Part shown: piece after piece, positions 10,883-22,037 of the stretch | Position numbering within the stretch: the stretch's first letter is position 1 | Layout: each line of letters starts with the position of its first letter | From: Heteronotia binoei | Lineage: Eukaryota | DNA: 64,000 bases | NCBI RefSeq assembly: GCF_032191835.1 | Contig: NC_083229.1 | Span: forward strand, 12,772,001 to 12,836,000 | Reading direction: 5' to 3' | Notes under the pieces: generated by a model | What the model saw: the letters and a program-made list of their open reading frames with translations, nothing else | Databases searched by the model: none | What the model was told of the DNA's origin: nothing | Made by a program: the position numbers and the translations under genes

Positions 10883-11240
10883 TAGAGCCAGTTTGGTGTA
10901 GTGCAGGGGTAGGGAACAGTGGCTCTCCAGATGTTTTTTGCCTACAACTCTCATCAGCCCCAGCCATTGCCCATGCTGGCTGGGCTAATGGGAGTTGTAG
11001 GTAAAAAAAACATCTGGAGAGCCACTGTTCCCTACCCCTGGTGTAGTGGTTAAGTGCACTGACTTTTATCTGGGAGAACCGGGTTTGATCCCCCACTCCT
11101 CCATTTGCAGCTGCTGGAATGGCCTTGGGTCAGCCACAGCTCTGGCCGAGGTTGTCCTTGAAAGGGCAGCTGCTGGGAGAGTCTTCTCAGCCCCACCCAC
11201 CTCACAGGGTGTTTGTTGAGGGGGAGGAAGATAAAGGAGG
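10883..11240 (+). mobile_element. Squam3-like SINE interrupted in its A-box by a MITE
   Basis: agagccagtttggtgtagtg [MITE] gtgtagtggttaag... followed by the B-box and core. Confidence 0.8.
10904..11040. mobile_element. Palindromic hAT-type MITE
   Basis: TIRs caggggtagggaacagtggc / gccactgttccctacccctg; perfect 8-bp TSD gtgtagtg. Confidence 0.92.
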
Positions 11241-11306
11241 AAAACTGCTCAAGCTAACAAGCAAATGGACTTCAGGGAGCCCAAGTCCCAGAAATACTCC
11301 ATAGAG

Positions 11307-11381
11307 CAGGGGTGGCCAACGGTAGCTCTCCAGATGTTTCTTGCCTGCAACTCCCGTCAGCCCCAGCCATCAGCCATGCTG
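11307..11381. mobile_element. Half copy of the caggggtggccaac MITE
   Basis: Left arm only; matches 1810-1880. Confidence 0.7.
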
Positions 11382-11641
11382 TAGTACTCCCCGCCTTGGT
11401 GTGAAACCGTCAAGCTGCCCCAAGTCGCATTTGTTTGTTTTTTTAAAAATTAAAACTGTTCAGGGTGCATGCACGCAACTACTGAAAATGTATGAGGACA
11501 GGAATGGTGCTCAACGGCCATATGAAGATGCCCATGTCGTCCCACGGATGGGATGGGATGGGATAGGGACAGCTTGCGGGGGAGCACGTGCAGGCTTCAG
11601 GATGGCTTTCTGCCTCTTATTCAACTGTTAGTTCCCAACAA

Positions 11642-11859
11642 GGGGAGGGATGGTGGCTCAGTGGTAGAGCATCTGCTTGGGAAGCAGAAGGTCCCAGGTT
11701 CAATCCCCGGCATCTCCAAAAAAGGGTCCAGGCAAATAGGAGTGAAAAACCTCAGCTTGAGACCCTGGAGAGCTGCTGCCAGTCTGAGAAGACAATACTG
11801 ACTTTGATGGACCGAGGGTCTGATTCAGTAGAAGGCAGCTTCATATGTTCATATGTTCA
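11642..11859 (+). mobile_element. tRNA-derived Squam2-like SINE
   Basis: ggtggctcagtggtagagc A-box, ggttcaatccc B-box, catatgtt tail; second copy at 15266-15481. Confidence 0.8.
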
Positions 11860-11907
11860 ACTGCCTCGCTCAACCCGAGTCAGACTTCTTGTGAAGAGGC
11901 TTCTTTC

Positions 11908-12174
11908 TAGGGCTGCCAAGCCCCCAGTCCAGGTGGGGGTTCTCCCGCCCAGGAAGTTCCCAACCTGCCAGCCCACACTGCGCTGGAAGGGGGAACCTCC
12001 CCTGACGTTGCTGGCGGGATGACATCACCCATGAGTGACGTTATCGCTCCGGCGACATCGCCCGCCAGCCGCTCTAGGCATTTCTAGGAAAACTCTATGG
12101 TTTTCCCAGATGCTCTAGCAATTTGCGGGGGGGGGCTCTATGGTACAAAGCCTGGAGGGGACTTGACAACCCTA
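11908..12174. mobile_element. Non-autonomous hAT element
   Basis: TIRs tagggctgcca / tgacaacccta; perfect 8-bp TSD cttctttc. Confidence 0.88.
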
Positions 12175-12421
12175 CTTCTTTCTCTGAGGCAGGCCACAGC
12201 CCATTTGGAAAAACCTCTTCAGTGCTTGGCTTGAGTTCATATTTCATCGCTAGTATAGGATACTGCAAGAATTCAAGAAGGCGCTGATGGTCTATTGAAT
12301 GAAAATATAGTTTATCTGTGAAGGATAAGGGGAGACTTACCTGGAGTGGGGAGGGGAAGCACAGCCAATGTTGCAGTGACATGTCTATGTCACTTCTGAT
12401 GTGATCCAGAAGTGATGTCAT

Positions 12422-12624
12422 CAGGGCCTTTTTTGTAGAAAAAGCCCAGCAGGAACTCATTTGCATATTAGACCACACGATCTGACATCGCCGTTGTTTT
12501 GCACAGGGCTTTTTTTGTAGAAAAAGACCAGTAGGGATAGATTTGCATATTAGGCCACACCCACTGACACCAAGCCAGCCGGAACTGCGTTCCTGTGAGT
12601 TCCTGCTCTAAAAAAAAGGCCCTG
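12422..12624. mobile_element. hAT-type MITE (cagggc family, internally duplicated left arm)
   Basis: cagggcctttttt...aaaaaggccctg; perfect 8-bp TSD gatgtcat. Confidence 0.85.
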
Positions 12625-12989
12625 GATGTCATCATGCTGCAACATCACACTGCTTCTTAAAGGTGCAACTGGACTCAAAAATTGGTTTATTTTTGGGGGA
12701 AGGGAGGCTCCGTATTCTTGGTGCTTGGGAGGGGGGCAACAGTGGGAGAGCTTCTGCAGTTCTGGCCCAGTTGGTGGACCACCTGCTGGCAATGGGGTTT
12801 TGGCCATTGTGTGACACAAGGTGTTGGACTGGATTGGCCATTGGTCTGATCCAACATGCCTTCTCTTATGCTCTGAAGAACTGGCTTGTTATGGCTATAG
12901 TACACATGAAATGAGTACAGAATCTTTGCTTCCGTTTTTTTTTACTTTATTACCATATAACTACGTGCATCTTCAACACACATTCATTC

Positions 12990-13125
12990 AGCGAGTCTGA
13001 TCTTGTCAGATCTTGGAAGCTAAGCAGGGTTAACCTTGGGCGGAGGGGTGACCTCCATGGAATACCAGCGTCATGATGCAGAGGCAGGCAAGGGCAAACC
13101 ACCTGGGAACATCTCTTGCTTTAAA
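12990..13125 (+). mobile_element. 5S rRNA-derived SINE (degenerate)
   Basis: tctgatcttgtcagatcttggaagctaagcagggt resembles the 5S internal region, followed by a ggcaaaccacct tail. Confidence 0.65.
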
Positions 13126-13899
13126 AACTAGTCTAGCTCACCGCCTAGTGGTGTGGATAACATGAAAGAGCTAGAACTTCTGGCTGCCAGACACTATTAG
13201 GATCTCCTGGCCGTACTACACACAATGCCATACGGTAATTATGAATCCCTTACTTCCCAGTTGCAGTGGTGTTATCCCACTTCAAAGGATGTCAGGGGGT
13301 GTCATTGAAAGGAGACTTTGCAACAGAATCTATTCGAACCTTCCAGGCTTTCCTTGCGCATTTTAAAGCTGAGAACTTTTAATGGAATCTGCTTGTGACA
13401 AAGGAAGAAGCTTTTGGCTTTGCCCACTCACACAAGCCATCTGGAAGTGGTGAATATTGATCAGCTTCAGGAAAAGCTTCCTGATCTCCCCAGTGTGAAG
13501 ACAGAAAAGCTGGTGGAACGTTACGAGATTCAGCCTCAGCACAGTTTCACCCTATTGGTAGGTCTATTGATTAAACATTCTAGCAAAGCAAGGAACTTCA
13601 AAGCTTCTGTGCTTCAGAAAGCGCTTTTAAAAATGTCACATTAGCTAGCTGTCAGCTTTCATAGATTTTCTCATATAGGAAATGTGTCTAGCATATTCTG
13701 ACAACTGTACTTAGATACACGCGCACGCACAGAAACTTAGAAACTGTTCTTCGTCTTCCTTTATTTCCACCCCCCTCCCCCGAATATAATCATTTACTTA
13801 TTAAAAAAGAGAGAGAAATTCAAAATCATACGGAAAAAATGAACAGTTATCTTACATCATAACATCCTATAACATCATTATATGTAGCGCTCAGTAATA

Positions 13900-14105
13900 A
13901 CTAAAATCCGCCATCTTGAATCCTAGGGAGTGAACCTGAAACTGTACTACATGTTTAAACTGTATGAACTGTTTGAAATGTTTTAATGATTTTACTGTAC
14001 CTTTATCTTAACGTTATGTTGTTTTGACTGTTCTTAGCCACCCTGAGCCCATTAGGGGAGGGCGGGATAAAAATGCAATAAAATAAATAAATAAATAAAA
14101 ATAAA
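13900..14105 (+). mobile_element. L2-like LINE 3' end, antisense in the G1 3' UTR
   Basis: agccaccctgagccc...gagggcgggataaaaatgc(aaat)n tail abutting the G1 stop codon. Confidence 0.55.
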
Positions 14106-14110
14106 TGGCA

Positions 14111-15148
14111 TCATAACTGAGTTTCAACCGGGGTTTCCTCCGCACAGCCTTCTTCCTCCCTGAAAACCTTCTGGAGGAGCATCTTCATGCTCTCCTTATG
14201 TCCAGACTTCCATTGCTTCCCGACCAGGAAATAAATGACTGGGTTGACGCTGCTGTTCAAACAGGACAATAGAAGCGCAAGGATTCTTATATCTCCTGAT
14301 AAACCGCCAAAAACATAGAAGATGCTCATGATGTTATAAGGAAAAGCGAAGAGGATAAAGAAGAGAAGAGTCAGGAAGACAACGGTCAAAAGCTTCCCCC
14401 TCTGAAGCCGTCGTGCTTTAACGCGGACTTTGAGGAACAGGGACGCAGTGGCAATCGTCATGACTGGGAGGCAAAGCGCAGCATTCACAATCAACTGGAA
14501 GAAGTTTCTAATTAGTATTGCATTTGGATTAAGGAGCACGAGAGTGATGGAACTTGCAGTAAGCGAGAGAGAGAAGACCCATATGAGCGCACATACAATG
14601 GTGGACAAACGCGGGGGCCGCTTGCATTGATGCCAAAGCGGGAAGAAGACGGCCACACACCTGTCAATGCTGATGGCCGTCAGGAGAAATTGACTGGTGC
14701 TGTACATTAACAGGAACAGGGAAACGAGCACTAAGATAACAATGTCAAAATACCTCTGAAATGCAAAATAAGAAATAGATACATACGAGAAAGTAAAACG
14801 AAGCATAAGTGATAGGAGGACCCCAGAATCAGCCATGGCCAAGTTTAGGATGTAGGTGGTAAAATGGCTCCTCTTGATGCAGAAGCCAAGAAGCCAGATG
14901 ACCATCCCATTCCCCACGGCTCCCAAAATTGAGGTGACCAATACAGTGATAAAAATAACTTTTGTAAACTTACTTTTTAAAGAAGAGTGATGATCTAATA
15001 AATAATAAAAACTAGGTTGATTATAGCTGGGATATTTGGTAACATTATAATAATTTTCTGTAATATTATAATAATTTTTACTGATATTTGGGAAAGAAGG
15101 GTCAATATAATCAAGTTTATCAACATTTTTCAGTACAGCATCCATCAT
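14111..15148 (-). CDS. MAS-related G protein-coupled receptor (MRGPR/MAS1-like), G1, 345 aa
   Basis: Seven hydrophobic segments; GNGMVIWLLGF, YILNLAMAD, AISIDRC, LNSSVNPVIYFLVG motifs typical of the MAS/MRGPR family. Orthology not resolvable by eye. Confidence 0.95.
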   Translation of the reverse strand: MMDAVLKNVDKLDYIDPSFPNISKNYYNITENYYNVTKYPSYNQPSFYYLLDHHSSLKSKFTKVIFITVLVTSILGAVGNGMVIWLLGFCIKRSHFTTYILNLAMADSGVLLSLMLRFTFSYVSISYFAFQRYFDIVILVLVSLFLLMYSTSQFLLTAISIDRCVAVFFPLWHQCKRPPRLSTIVCALIWVFSLSLTASSITLVLLNPNAILIRNFFQLIVNAALCLPVMTIATASLFLKVRVKARRLQRGKLLTVVFLTLLFFILFAFPYNIMSIFYVFGGLSGDIRILALLLSCLNSSVNPVIYFLVGKQWKSGHKESMKMLLQKVFREEEGCAEETPVETQL

Positions 15149-15221
15149 TAAAAAGAGTTGTTGAGACGATGTTATATGCGACGGTCCATTTCTGCTTTGT
15201 GGATTCTTGTTTTCACTTCTG

Positions 15222-15240
15222 CTAGGAGAAAGGAAACAAT
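15222..15240 (-). promoter_or_regulatory. Splice acceptor of the coding exon (5'-UTR intron), conserved in all six genes
   Basis: gtttcctttctcctAG on the minus strand; equivalents at ~23084, 31404, 42165, 50684 and 61471. Confidence 0.75.
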
Positions 15241-15265
15241 GAATGTTTCAAATCCTGTTTTCCAA

Positions 15266-15481
15266 ATATGAACATATGAAGCTGCCTTATACCAAATCAG
15301 ACCTTTGGTCCATCCAAGTCAGTCTTGTCTACTCAGACTGGCAGTGGCTCTCCCGGGTCTCAAGCTAAGGTTTCTCACGCCTGTTTGCCTGGACCCTTTT
15401 TTAGTGGAGATGCCAGGGATTGAACCTGGGACCTTCTGCTTACCAAGCAGATGCTCTACCACTGAGCCACCGTCCCTCCCC
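15266..15481 (-). mobile_element. Squam2-like SINE in the G1 intron
   Basis: Reverse complement of 11642-11859. Confidence 0.8.
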
Positions 15482-15759
15482 ATGGCTAACGTTTTCAGCC
15501 TAACTTCACTCTATTTGAAAATGGGTGACTGGTGAGGTTAATTTCATAGAATCATAGAGCCGGAAGGGGTCATGTCTTCTGACCTCCTGATCAATGCAGA
15601 ATCTGCCTAAAGCATCCCCACAAAGCAGTGCTGGATTAAACCCTGTGGAGGCCCCTAGGCAGTCAAAATTTCAGGGCCCCCCTTGCAAATTATCTCAGAG
15701 CGCCTGCCCTGCCACCCACAGTCCCCACTGCAGGCTGCAGGCACCTTCTCCTTCCTTGG

Positions 15760-16080
15760 GCTCCTTCCTTGGGCTCTCCTGCCTTGGAGGTTTTTAAACG
15801 GAGGCTGGATGGCCATCTGACAGCGATGAAGATCCTGTGAATTTGGGGTAGGTATTTGTGGGTTTCCTGCATTGTGCATGGGGTTGGACTAGATCAGGGG
15901 TGGCCAACAGTAGCTCTCCAGATGTTTTTTTGCGTACAACTCCCATCAGCCCCAGCCAGCATGGCTGATGACTGGGGCTGATGGGAGTTGTAGGCAAAAA
16001 ACATCTGGAGAGCTACTGTGGGCCACCACTGGACTAGATGACCCTGGAGGTTCCTTCTAACTCTAGGATTCTATGATTCT
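15760..16080 (+). mobile_element. CR1 3' end interrupted by a MITE
   Basis: gggttggactagat [MITE] gactagatgaccctggaggttcc...ttctatgattct. Confidence 0.8.
15895..16031. mobile_element. Palindromic hAT-type MITE
   Basis: caggggtggccaac...ggccaccactg; perfect 8-bp TSD gactagat. Confidence 0.9.
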
Positions 16081-16424
16081 CAAAAGCCCCTTTGACAAAG
16101 CTGCAGGGAGAGGCAGAGAGAGGCAAACTTGGCAATGAAGCTGGCAGCAGCCGCACCAGGCAAGCCGGGCAAAGAGCCATCGCTCTTCCCTTGCTGGTTA
16201 GGGAGAAGAGTTCAAAGAACAGAAAGCGTGACGAGCAAGAACGGTTGAATCCAGAAAAGGCAAGGCTTCATTTCAATTAGTATGAGGACTAATGGGCTGA
16301 AGTTGAGGAGCTTATAGGGAGTGTACACTGTGCGGAACAGGGTGGAGAAAAAAGATGCAGAACACGGAACACCCAAGGAGAAAAAAAAAACTGGGAATCA
16401 TAAAGGGATCACATGCAGAAAAAG

Positions 16425-16435
16425 TCTTACCTCCT
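16425..16435 (-). promoter_or_regulatory. Candidate splice donor of a non-coding first exon
   Basis: GAG|GTAAGA on the minus strand; AAG|GTAAGA at the homologous site in the A and B units (25347, 33665, 44428/44696, ~52946). Confidence 0.5.
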
Positions 16436-16726
16436 TCAACAATTCTTTGGAATAGATAGAGCCTTCAGGTAGGAACCAAGGTTCATAAAGGAACCAGATA
16501 GAGCCTTCAGGTAGGAACCAAGGTTCATAATGTTCTACCCCCCACCCCAACAATCTGGTATATCTTTGGCAGGGCAGGAGACTAACCCTTAGGTTACCCT
16601 CCAAAAGCCTATGCAACAGAATGAACAGCTAACCAGTGATCCATACCAGGTAGTCTGCTGAATCTGAGCCATCAACAGGGATGCCGTTATTCTGCCCAGG
16701 ATTCCCTTGGCTGCTACTGTCTACAG

Positions 16727-17990
16727 GTCCAGGCTTGCAGGTTGTTTCTGGAGTCTTTTGGATCTGAGAAGTGAAAACACTACTTCGGTGACTGGTGTTG
16801 ACTTTGATAGTTCTGGAAGAGTTGCAGGGGTCTGGAGTTCAGGACCATCACATGGAGAATTCACAGCCCCATCATGGAACTCTGATCCCACTCAGGCTAT
16901 GATGACTGTGTGAGAATCCATTTCAGGTACACCATTCAGTCCAGTACTCACTTCAGCATCCTTGGTCTCAGGTTGCCCTGATAGTGCTGCAGGAGCTTCT
17001 AAGGCTTCCTGGCTCTCAGTTAGAGGCAGGAGATGGCCTACACGGCTTCTCCATCATCTCCATTGGTTCTCTGGACCGATGAGGATCTCCCCATCAAGCA
17101 TTATTCACCTATCTCCAAAAAAAGCTTCTGTCTGAGAATCAGTTTCAGAGGGTAGCCATGTTGGTCTAAGGGTGAACAGTTATATTCGAGTCTGGTAATA
17201 TTTTAGAGACCAACAAGATCCCAGGGCTTAAGCTTTCAAGACTCAGAGGTGCCTTCAGTTGTGAGAAATACTTTTATCCTGGGACAGTAGGGTGGGGTAT
17301 AGATGGGCCATCTTGAAGCATCACCCACATGTGAATAATGAGGAACCCATTAGAGACCGGCAAAACCTATTACCCCAGAGGCTGCCATAAAAACTCCTTA
17401 AGTGTGGAGGAAATGGATTCTCAGATTTGAGTTGAGTCAGAGGTGTGCGATTGCAGTTAAAAAGGCCAATGCCATGCTGGGAATTATTAGGAAGGGAATT
17501 GAAAACAAATCAGCCAGTATCATAATGCCCCTGTATAAATCGATGGTGCGGTCTCATTTGTAATACTGTGTGCAATTCTGGTCACCACACCTCAAAAAGG
17601 ATATTATAGCATTGGAAAAAGTCCAGAGAAAGACAACTAGAATATTAACGGGTTGGAACAATTTCCCTATGAAGAAAGGTTAAAACGCTTGGGGCTCTTT
17701 AGCTTGGAGAAACATCGACTGCGGGGTGACATGATAAACCATCTTGATGCACGGCCCATAAATGCATAACCGGAACCTATTAGAGATGGGCAAAATTTAT
17801 TATTCCAGAGGTTGCCATAAAAAGTACTTAAGTGTGGAGGAAATGGATTCTCGGATTTCATGCCTTGTGAGACGAGGACTGGAAGTGGAGGATCATAACA
17901 AATGTAATGGAAATTGAGGGGTGAGGTTTGTTTGTTTTTGCAAATTGCATGGAACCTGCAAGGGAATTAGAGAAGTGAATGCATTTAGGA
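16727..17990 (-). mobile_element. Decayed Gypsy/Ty3 pol C-terminus (G1-unit copy)
   Basis: Minus frame reads WRSRVGHLL...LRSKRLQKQPASLDL*, resembling the WRRHVDQL...LRRSxRxRKPPxRLDL* end of Gypsy pol; contains stops and frameshifts. Confidence 0.5.
17432..17736 (+). mobile_element. Internal CR1 fragment
   Basis: Closely matches 9760-10070 (ggccaatgccatgctgggaattattagg...ctgcggggtgacatgata). Confidence 0.9.
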
Positions 17991-18497
17991 AAGGTTAGAC
18001 TTCATTTTGCATAGAATGAGGACTATCCCTGTTTACTTAAACCAATTTCACACTATGCTTGTTCCAGGATGGAGAGCCCTTTTGCTACTGGGCTTCTCTC
18101 TGTTTTCGCAAGCGGATATGCTGACAAATATATCCCGCTTGTTGCAGAATAGCGGCACACCAACTTGCAGCTCCAGAGCCAGTTTGGTGTAGAGGTTAAG
18201 TGTGAGGACTCTTATCTCGGAGGACCGGGTTTGATTCCCCACTCCTCTGCTCGCACCTGCTGGAATGGCCTTGGGTCAGCCATAGCTCTGACAGAGGTTA
18301 CCCTTGAAAGGGCGGCTGCTGTGAGAGCCCTCTCAGCCCCACCCACTTCACAGGGTGTCTGTTGTTGGGGAGGAAGATAAAGCAGATTGTGAGCCACTCT
18401 GAGACTCTGAGTGAAGGGTGGAATATAAATCCAATGTCATTTTCAAACCTGGTTCTCCAGATTAGAGTGCTGCCACTCTTAACCACTACACCAAACT

Positions 18498-19500
18498 AGT
18501 TCTCTTTAGAACTGGTCCTACATGTAGCTCTGTTCTAAAGTGAATTTTGAGCCAGAATTTAAACACAGCAATCCAGGCTTTTGTCTCCACCAAAGACTGA
18601 CCCACTTCAGAGCAGAGAGCAAAGTAGGACACACATTTTGGCATTCCAAAGATTTTTCTAAAGAATGAGGCTTGAATGCCCTCCGCTTTTCTAGTAAATG
18701 CTGAGATCCATATAGGGATACCACAGAGAATTTGGGGTAGCGTTTTAGCTTTGAACACCTTAATTGCTGCCGGAACTAATTGGTCGCCCCTTGCGAAGAA
18801 AAAATGTTTAATTTGAGCAACTGAACATTTAGCCAAGTTGACGGTGTTGTCATGATGTGAAAACCAGCTTAACTTGTGCTTAAAAGTGATCCCTCAAGTA
18901 TTTAAAACATTTTGTTTGCTCAGTTGTTGAGTTGCCAATAAACCATCTCTGTGGGCGCTAGCAATTTGAAAAGACAACTACTTTAGATTTGGTATAATTG
19001 ATAGAGAGTGAATTACAATTACAGTAGTCATAGAAGGCATTCTAATACCTTTTTCAGGCCCACACTTGTGCAAGAGAGGATGGTAGTATCATCGGCATAA
19101 AGTAATAAGGGAACCCCTGGGCCTGCTAGTTTAGGCGGATGGCCATTGATAGGGTTCAAAAATTGTACCAGGTCAATTAAAAATAAACTAAAAAGATGCA
19201 GGGCCAGCACACAACCTTGTTTAACCCCCTTTAACAATGGAATTTTGCCAGTCAAGTCGCCACTAGAAGAAAATTTCACTTGGCAAAAAGTATTAGAATG
19301 AAGTTTCCTCAAGAGAAACAGCAAACAAGGGTCCATTCCCAGGTAACCTAGCTTAATCCATAGTAAGGCTCTATCTATTGAATGAAATGCTCCCTTCAAG
19401 TTGATGAAGGCAGCATATAATTTTGTTGTCCCCATATGCAACACCCTGTTATTATTTATTGAACGATAGTGAGGGGGAGGTTGGCGAGGCTGTGGCAAAA
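18498..19500 (-). mobile_element. Non-LTR retrotransposon RT fragment (RTE-X-like, probably the same group as 5855-7443)
   Basis: ORF 19028..19498: LYAAFINLKGAF, GVKQGCVLA, LLLYADD; ORF 18486..18836 is the post-RT region. Confidence 0.8.
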
Positions 19501-22037
19501 TTTTTGGCTGACATCCTTAAATTTAAATCTGATCACGTATGAATGCATCTGTAAGCTTGGTTTCATTTTGATTTTATCTCCAATGTTTAAATTTTTATAT
19601 TCTCTGTATTTTTATTTATTTTTATTAAATAAAGGAGATTGAGAGCCACTCTGAGACTCTAAGTGAAGGGTGGAATATAAATCCAATGTCATCTTCTTCT
19701 TCTTCTTCCAGAGCAATTTGTGCAACAACAGAGAGAAGCCCCGGTAGCAAAAAGGCTCTCCACCCCAGAACAAGCATAGTGCAAAACTGGTCCCAGGTTT
19801 ACCGAAAAACGCAAGGACTGAACAGTATGTTTTAACTTGGAAAGAAAAGGTTGAAGAAAAAAGATGGGAAAGGAGAATTGAAAACAAAGAAAAAGCTTCT
19901 AGCTTCTACCTTTTCCCAGTACAAACCCCGTCTCAAAATAGATAAAAAGATACATCAGACATTGTGTTCAGAATTTAGAAAAAAAATTTAATGATCACTT
20001 TTCTGAATTTAAGGGAATCTGTTCATCCAATGCTGATCATCCAACCTGAACTAGAGAACAACTAAGTGAGACTTGGAAAAGAAACTTCAGAAATTCCCTT
20101 CAGAATTTTGAGATCTTGGTCTTGATCACTTTTTTGATTTTAAAGGAATTTGTCCATCCAGTGCTGATTGCCCAACCCCAGCTAGAGAACAACGAAGAGA
20201 TACTTGACTTGATTCAACAGGATGGGGCACAGAGTCTACATTCACATGCACTGACCAGATACCCAGGAAGGAGCATCCATTAAAAATAGGAAATTCTGCA
20301 GTTCTCCCAAGATGTTCTTGAAAGCCCTTATGAGGGGAGGAAATTGCATCTAAGATCGTATATCTCAAGGGAAAGTTGCTTTTTGCATTGGTAAACAGTG
20401 CAAGGGTATTTTCAAGCGATTGTCTGGGAGTCTAATGGAGATCTTGGGAGAATGGAGATCTTGGGAGTTCCATTTTTCTTTCTGTGCTCTAAAATGGATG
20501 ATTTGTGGCATATTAATCTGATGTTCTTAACCCAAAGTTTTAAATCTATTGGCGCTGAACAGCTATGAGCACAGATCCTAAGTTCCTCGTGAACGCACAG
20601 CATCATCTCTTTTACCTTTTAAAGTGCCCAACACCTGTTCAGTGATGATAGATTAAGGGTTGGAACTTATTTTGGCCCCCATAGCCCAAGAGGTGATTTG
20701 CGTGATCAAAGCTGAAAACGCCGTTCTTTTCTTTGACCTTATTGACCCCATGTGAATCTACTCGGTTAAGACAACAGTATACCCTTTCCTAGAACAAAGT
20801 TTGAGTCCAACAAAGTTTTATTTAAGGTTCCAAAAGAAGTCATGCACAACACACAGATGTTCAATCAAGTATTTTGCACAGGCAATGCATCAGTGGAAAA
20901 TACAGACAAAAATATAACAAACATTTAAAAAAAATGATCAACCAATTCAGCAAGGAGCGGCAATAACAGGGATGTTAGCCAAGCTGTAAATGTTAGATAT
21001 CAATGATGGAGCCTGTCAATAGCCAGGGCATATATGCTTAGTTCCTTTGCATAATAAAATTGTACACATCCAATATAGATTGGTGATGATTTTGCATCCC
21101 TGGTGGTACAATGCAGAAATGCAGATAAATGGAATTCTATAAAGGTTTAAGAAGCAGAAGAGGAGGAGGAGGAGGTTTTATACCCTGCCCTTCACTACCT
21201 GAGAGAGTTTCAAAGCAGCTTCTCAGAGCAGTTACAATTACCTCCCCTTCCTCTCCCCACAACCGGCACCTTGTTGAGTAGGTGGGGGTGAGAGAGCTCT
21301 GAGAGAACTGTGACTGATCCAAAGTCACCCAGCTGGCTTCATGTGGAAGAGGAGTGGGGAATCAAACCTGGTTCTCCAGATTAGAGTGCTGCCACTCTTA
21401 ACCACTACACCAAACTGATTCTCTTTAGGACTGGTCCTATACGTAGCTCTAGCCACAAAAGACATGTAAGAGTTTGCCCATTATTTTTTGTACTGTAGCA
21501 GTTGAATCTATGGTCACCTGTTTTCCTCAGTGGGACTGTAAGCTTCTAGAAGCAGACTTCAGTGGTGAGGCTCAAGTCTGACATCTCAGCCTCTAGCTAT
21601 TTTTAAAAAGAGTTTCATCTCAAAAAGCACCTTAGGGAACAGAACTTTTCTACATGGCCACAGGAGGATTGCTTGTTTCAAGAATTGATTGTTAACCACC
21701 CTGAGACCGCTTGCAGAGAGGGCGGGGTATAAATTAAAGGTAATAATAATAACTCAGAGAGAGGAATACATTTTGGTTTCATGTGTTTATGGAAGAGAAA
21801 AAGGATTGCCAAAGAGCCCTTGTGTAGTTTGAACCCTTTTCCTTCTGGTTGCAGTGGTATGTGTCTTCTTCAAAGGATGTCAGGCACTGTCCAGAGAAGG
21901 AGATTTCATTTTAAAAAGATGTTGCAACAGCATGTGTCCTAATCATACTGTTTTTTTAAAAAAAATGCATGTTACAATTGAAAACCAGAGTGGACTTTGC
22001 CTGTCAAAGGAAGAAGCATTTGGCTCTTGGAATGGCA

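Noticed and set aside
11642-11716. tRNA-like sequence that could be called a tRNA gene
   Set aside because: It continues into a SINE body and tail and has a second dispersed copy at 15266-15481, so it is a tRNA-derived SINE head.
15620-16190. Element homologous to 62840-63210 in opposite orientation, suggesting an inversion
   Set aside because: The insertion points differ within the host CR1 sequence; two independent insertions of one family explain it more simply.
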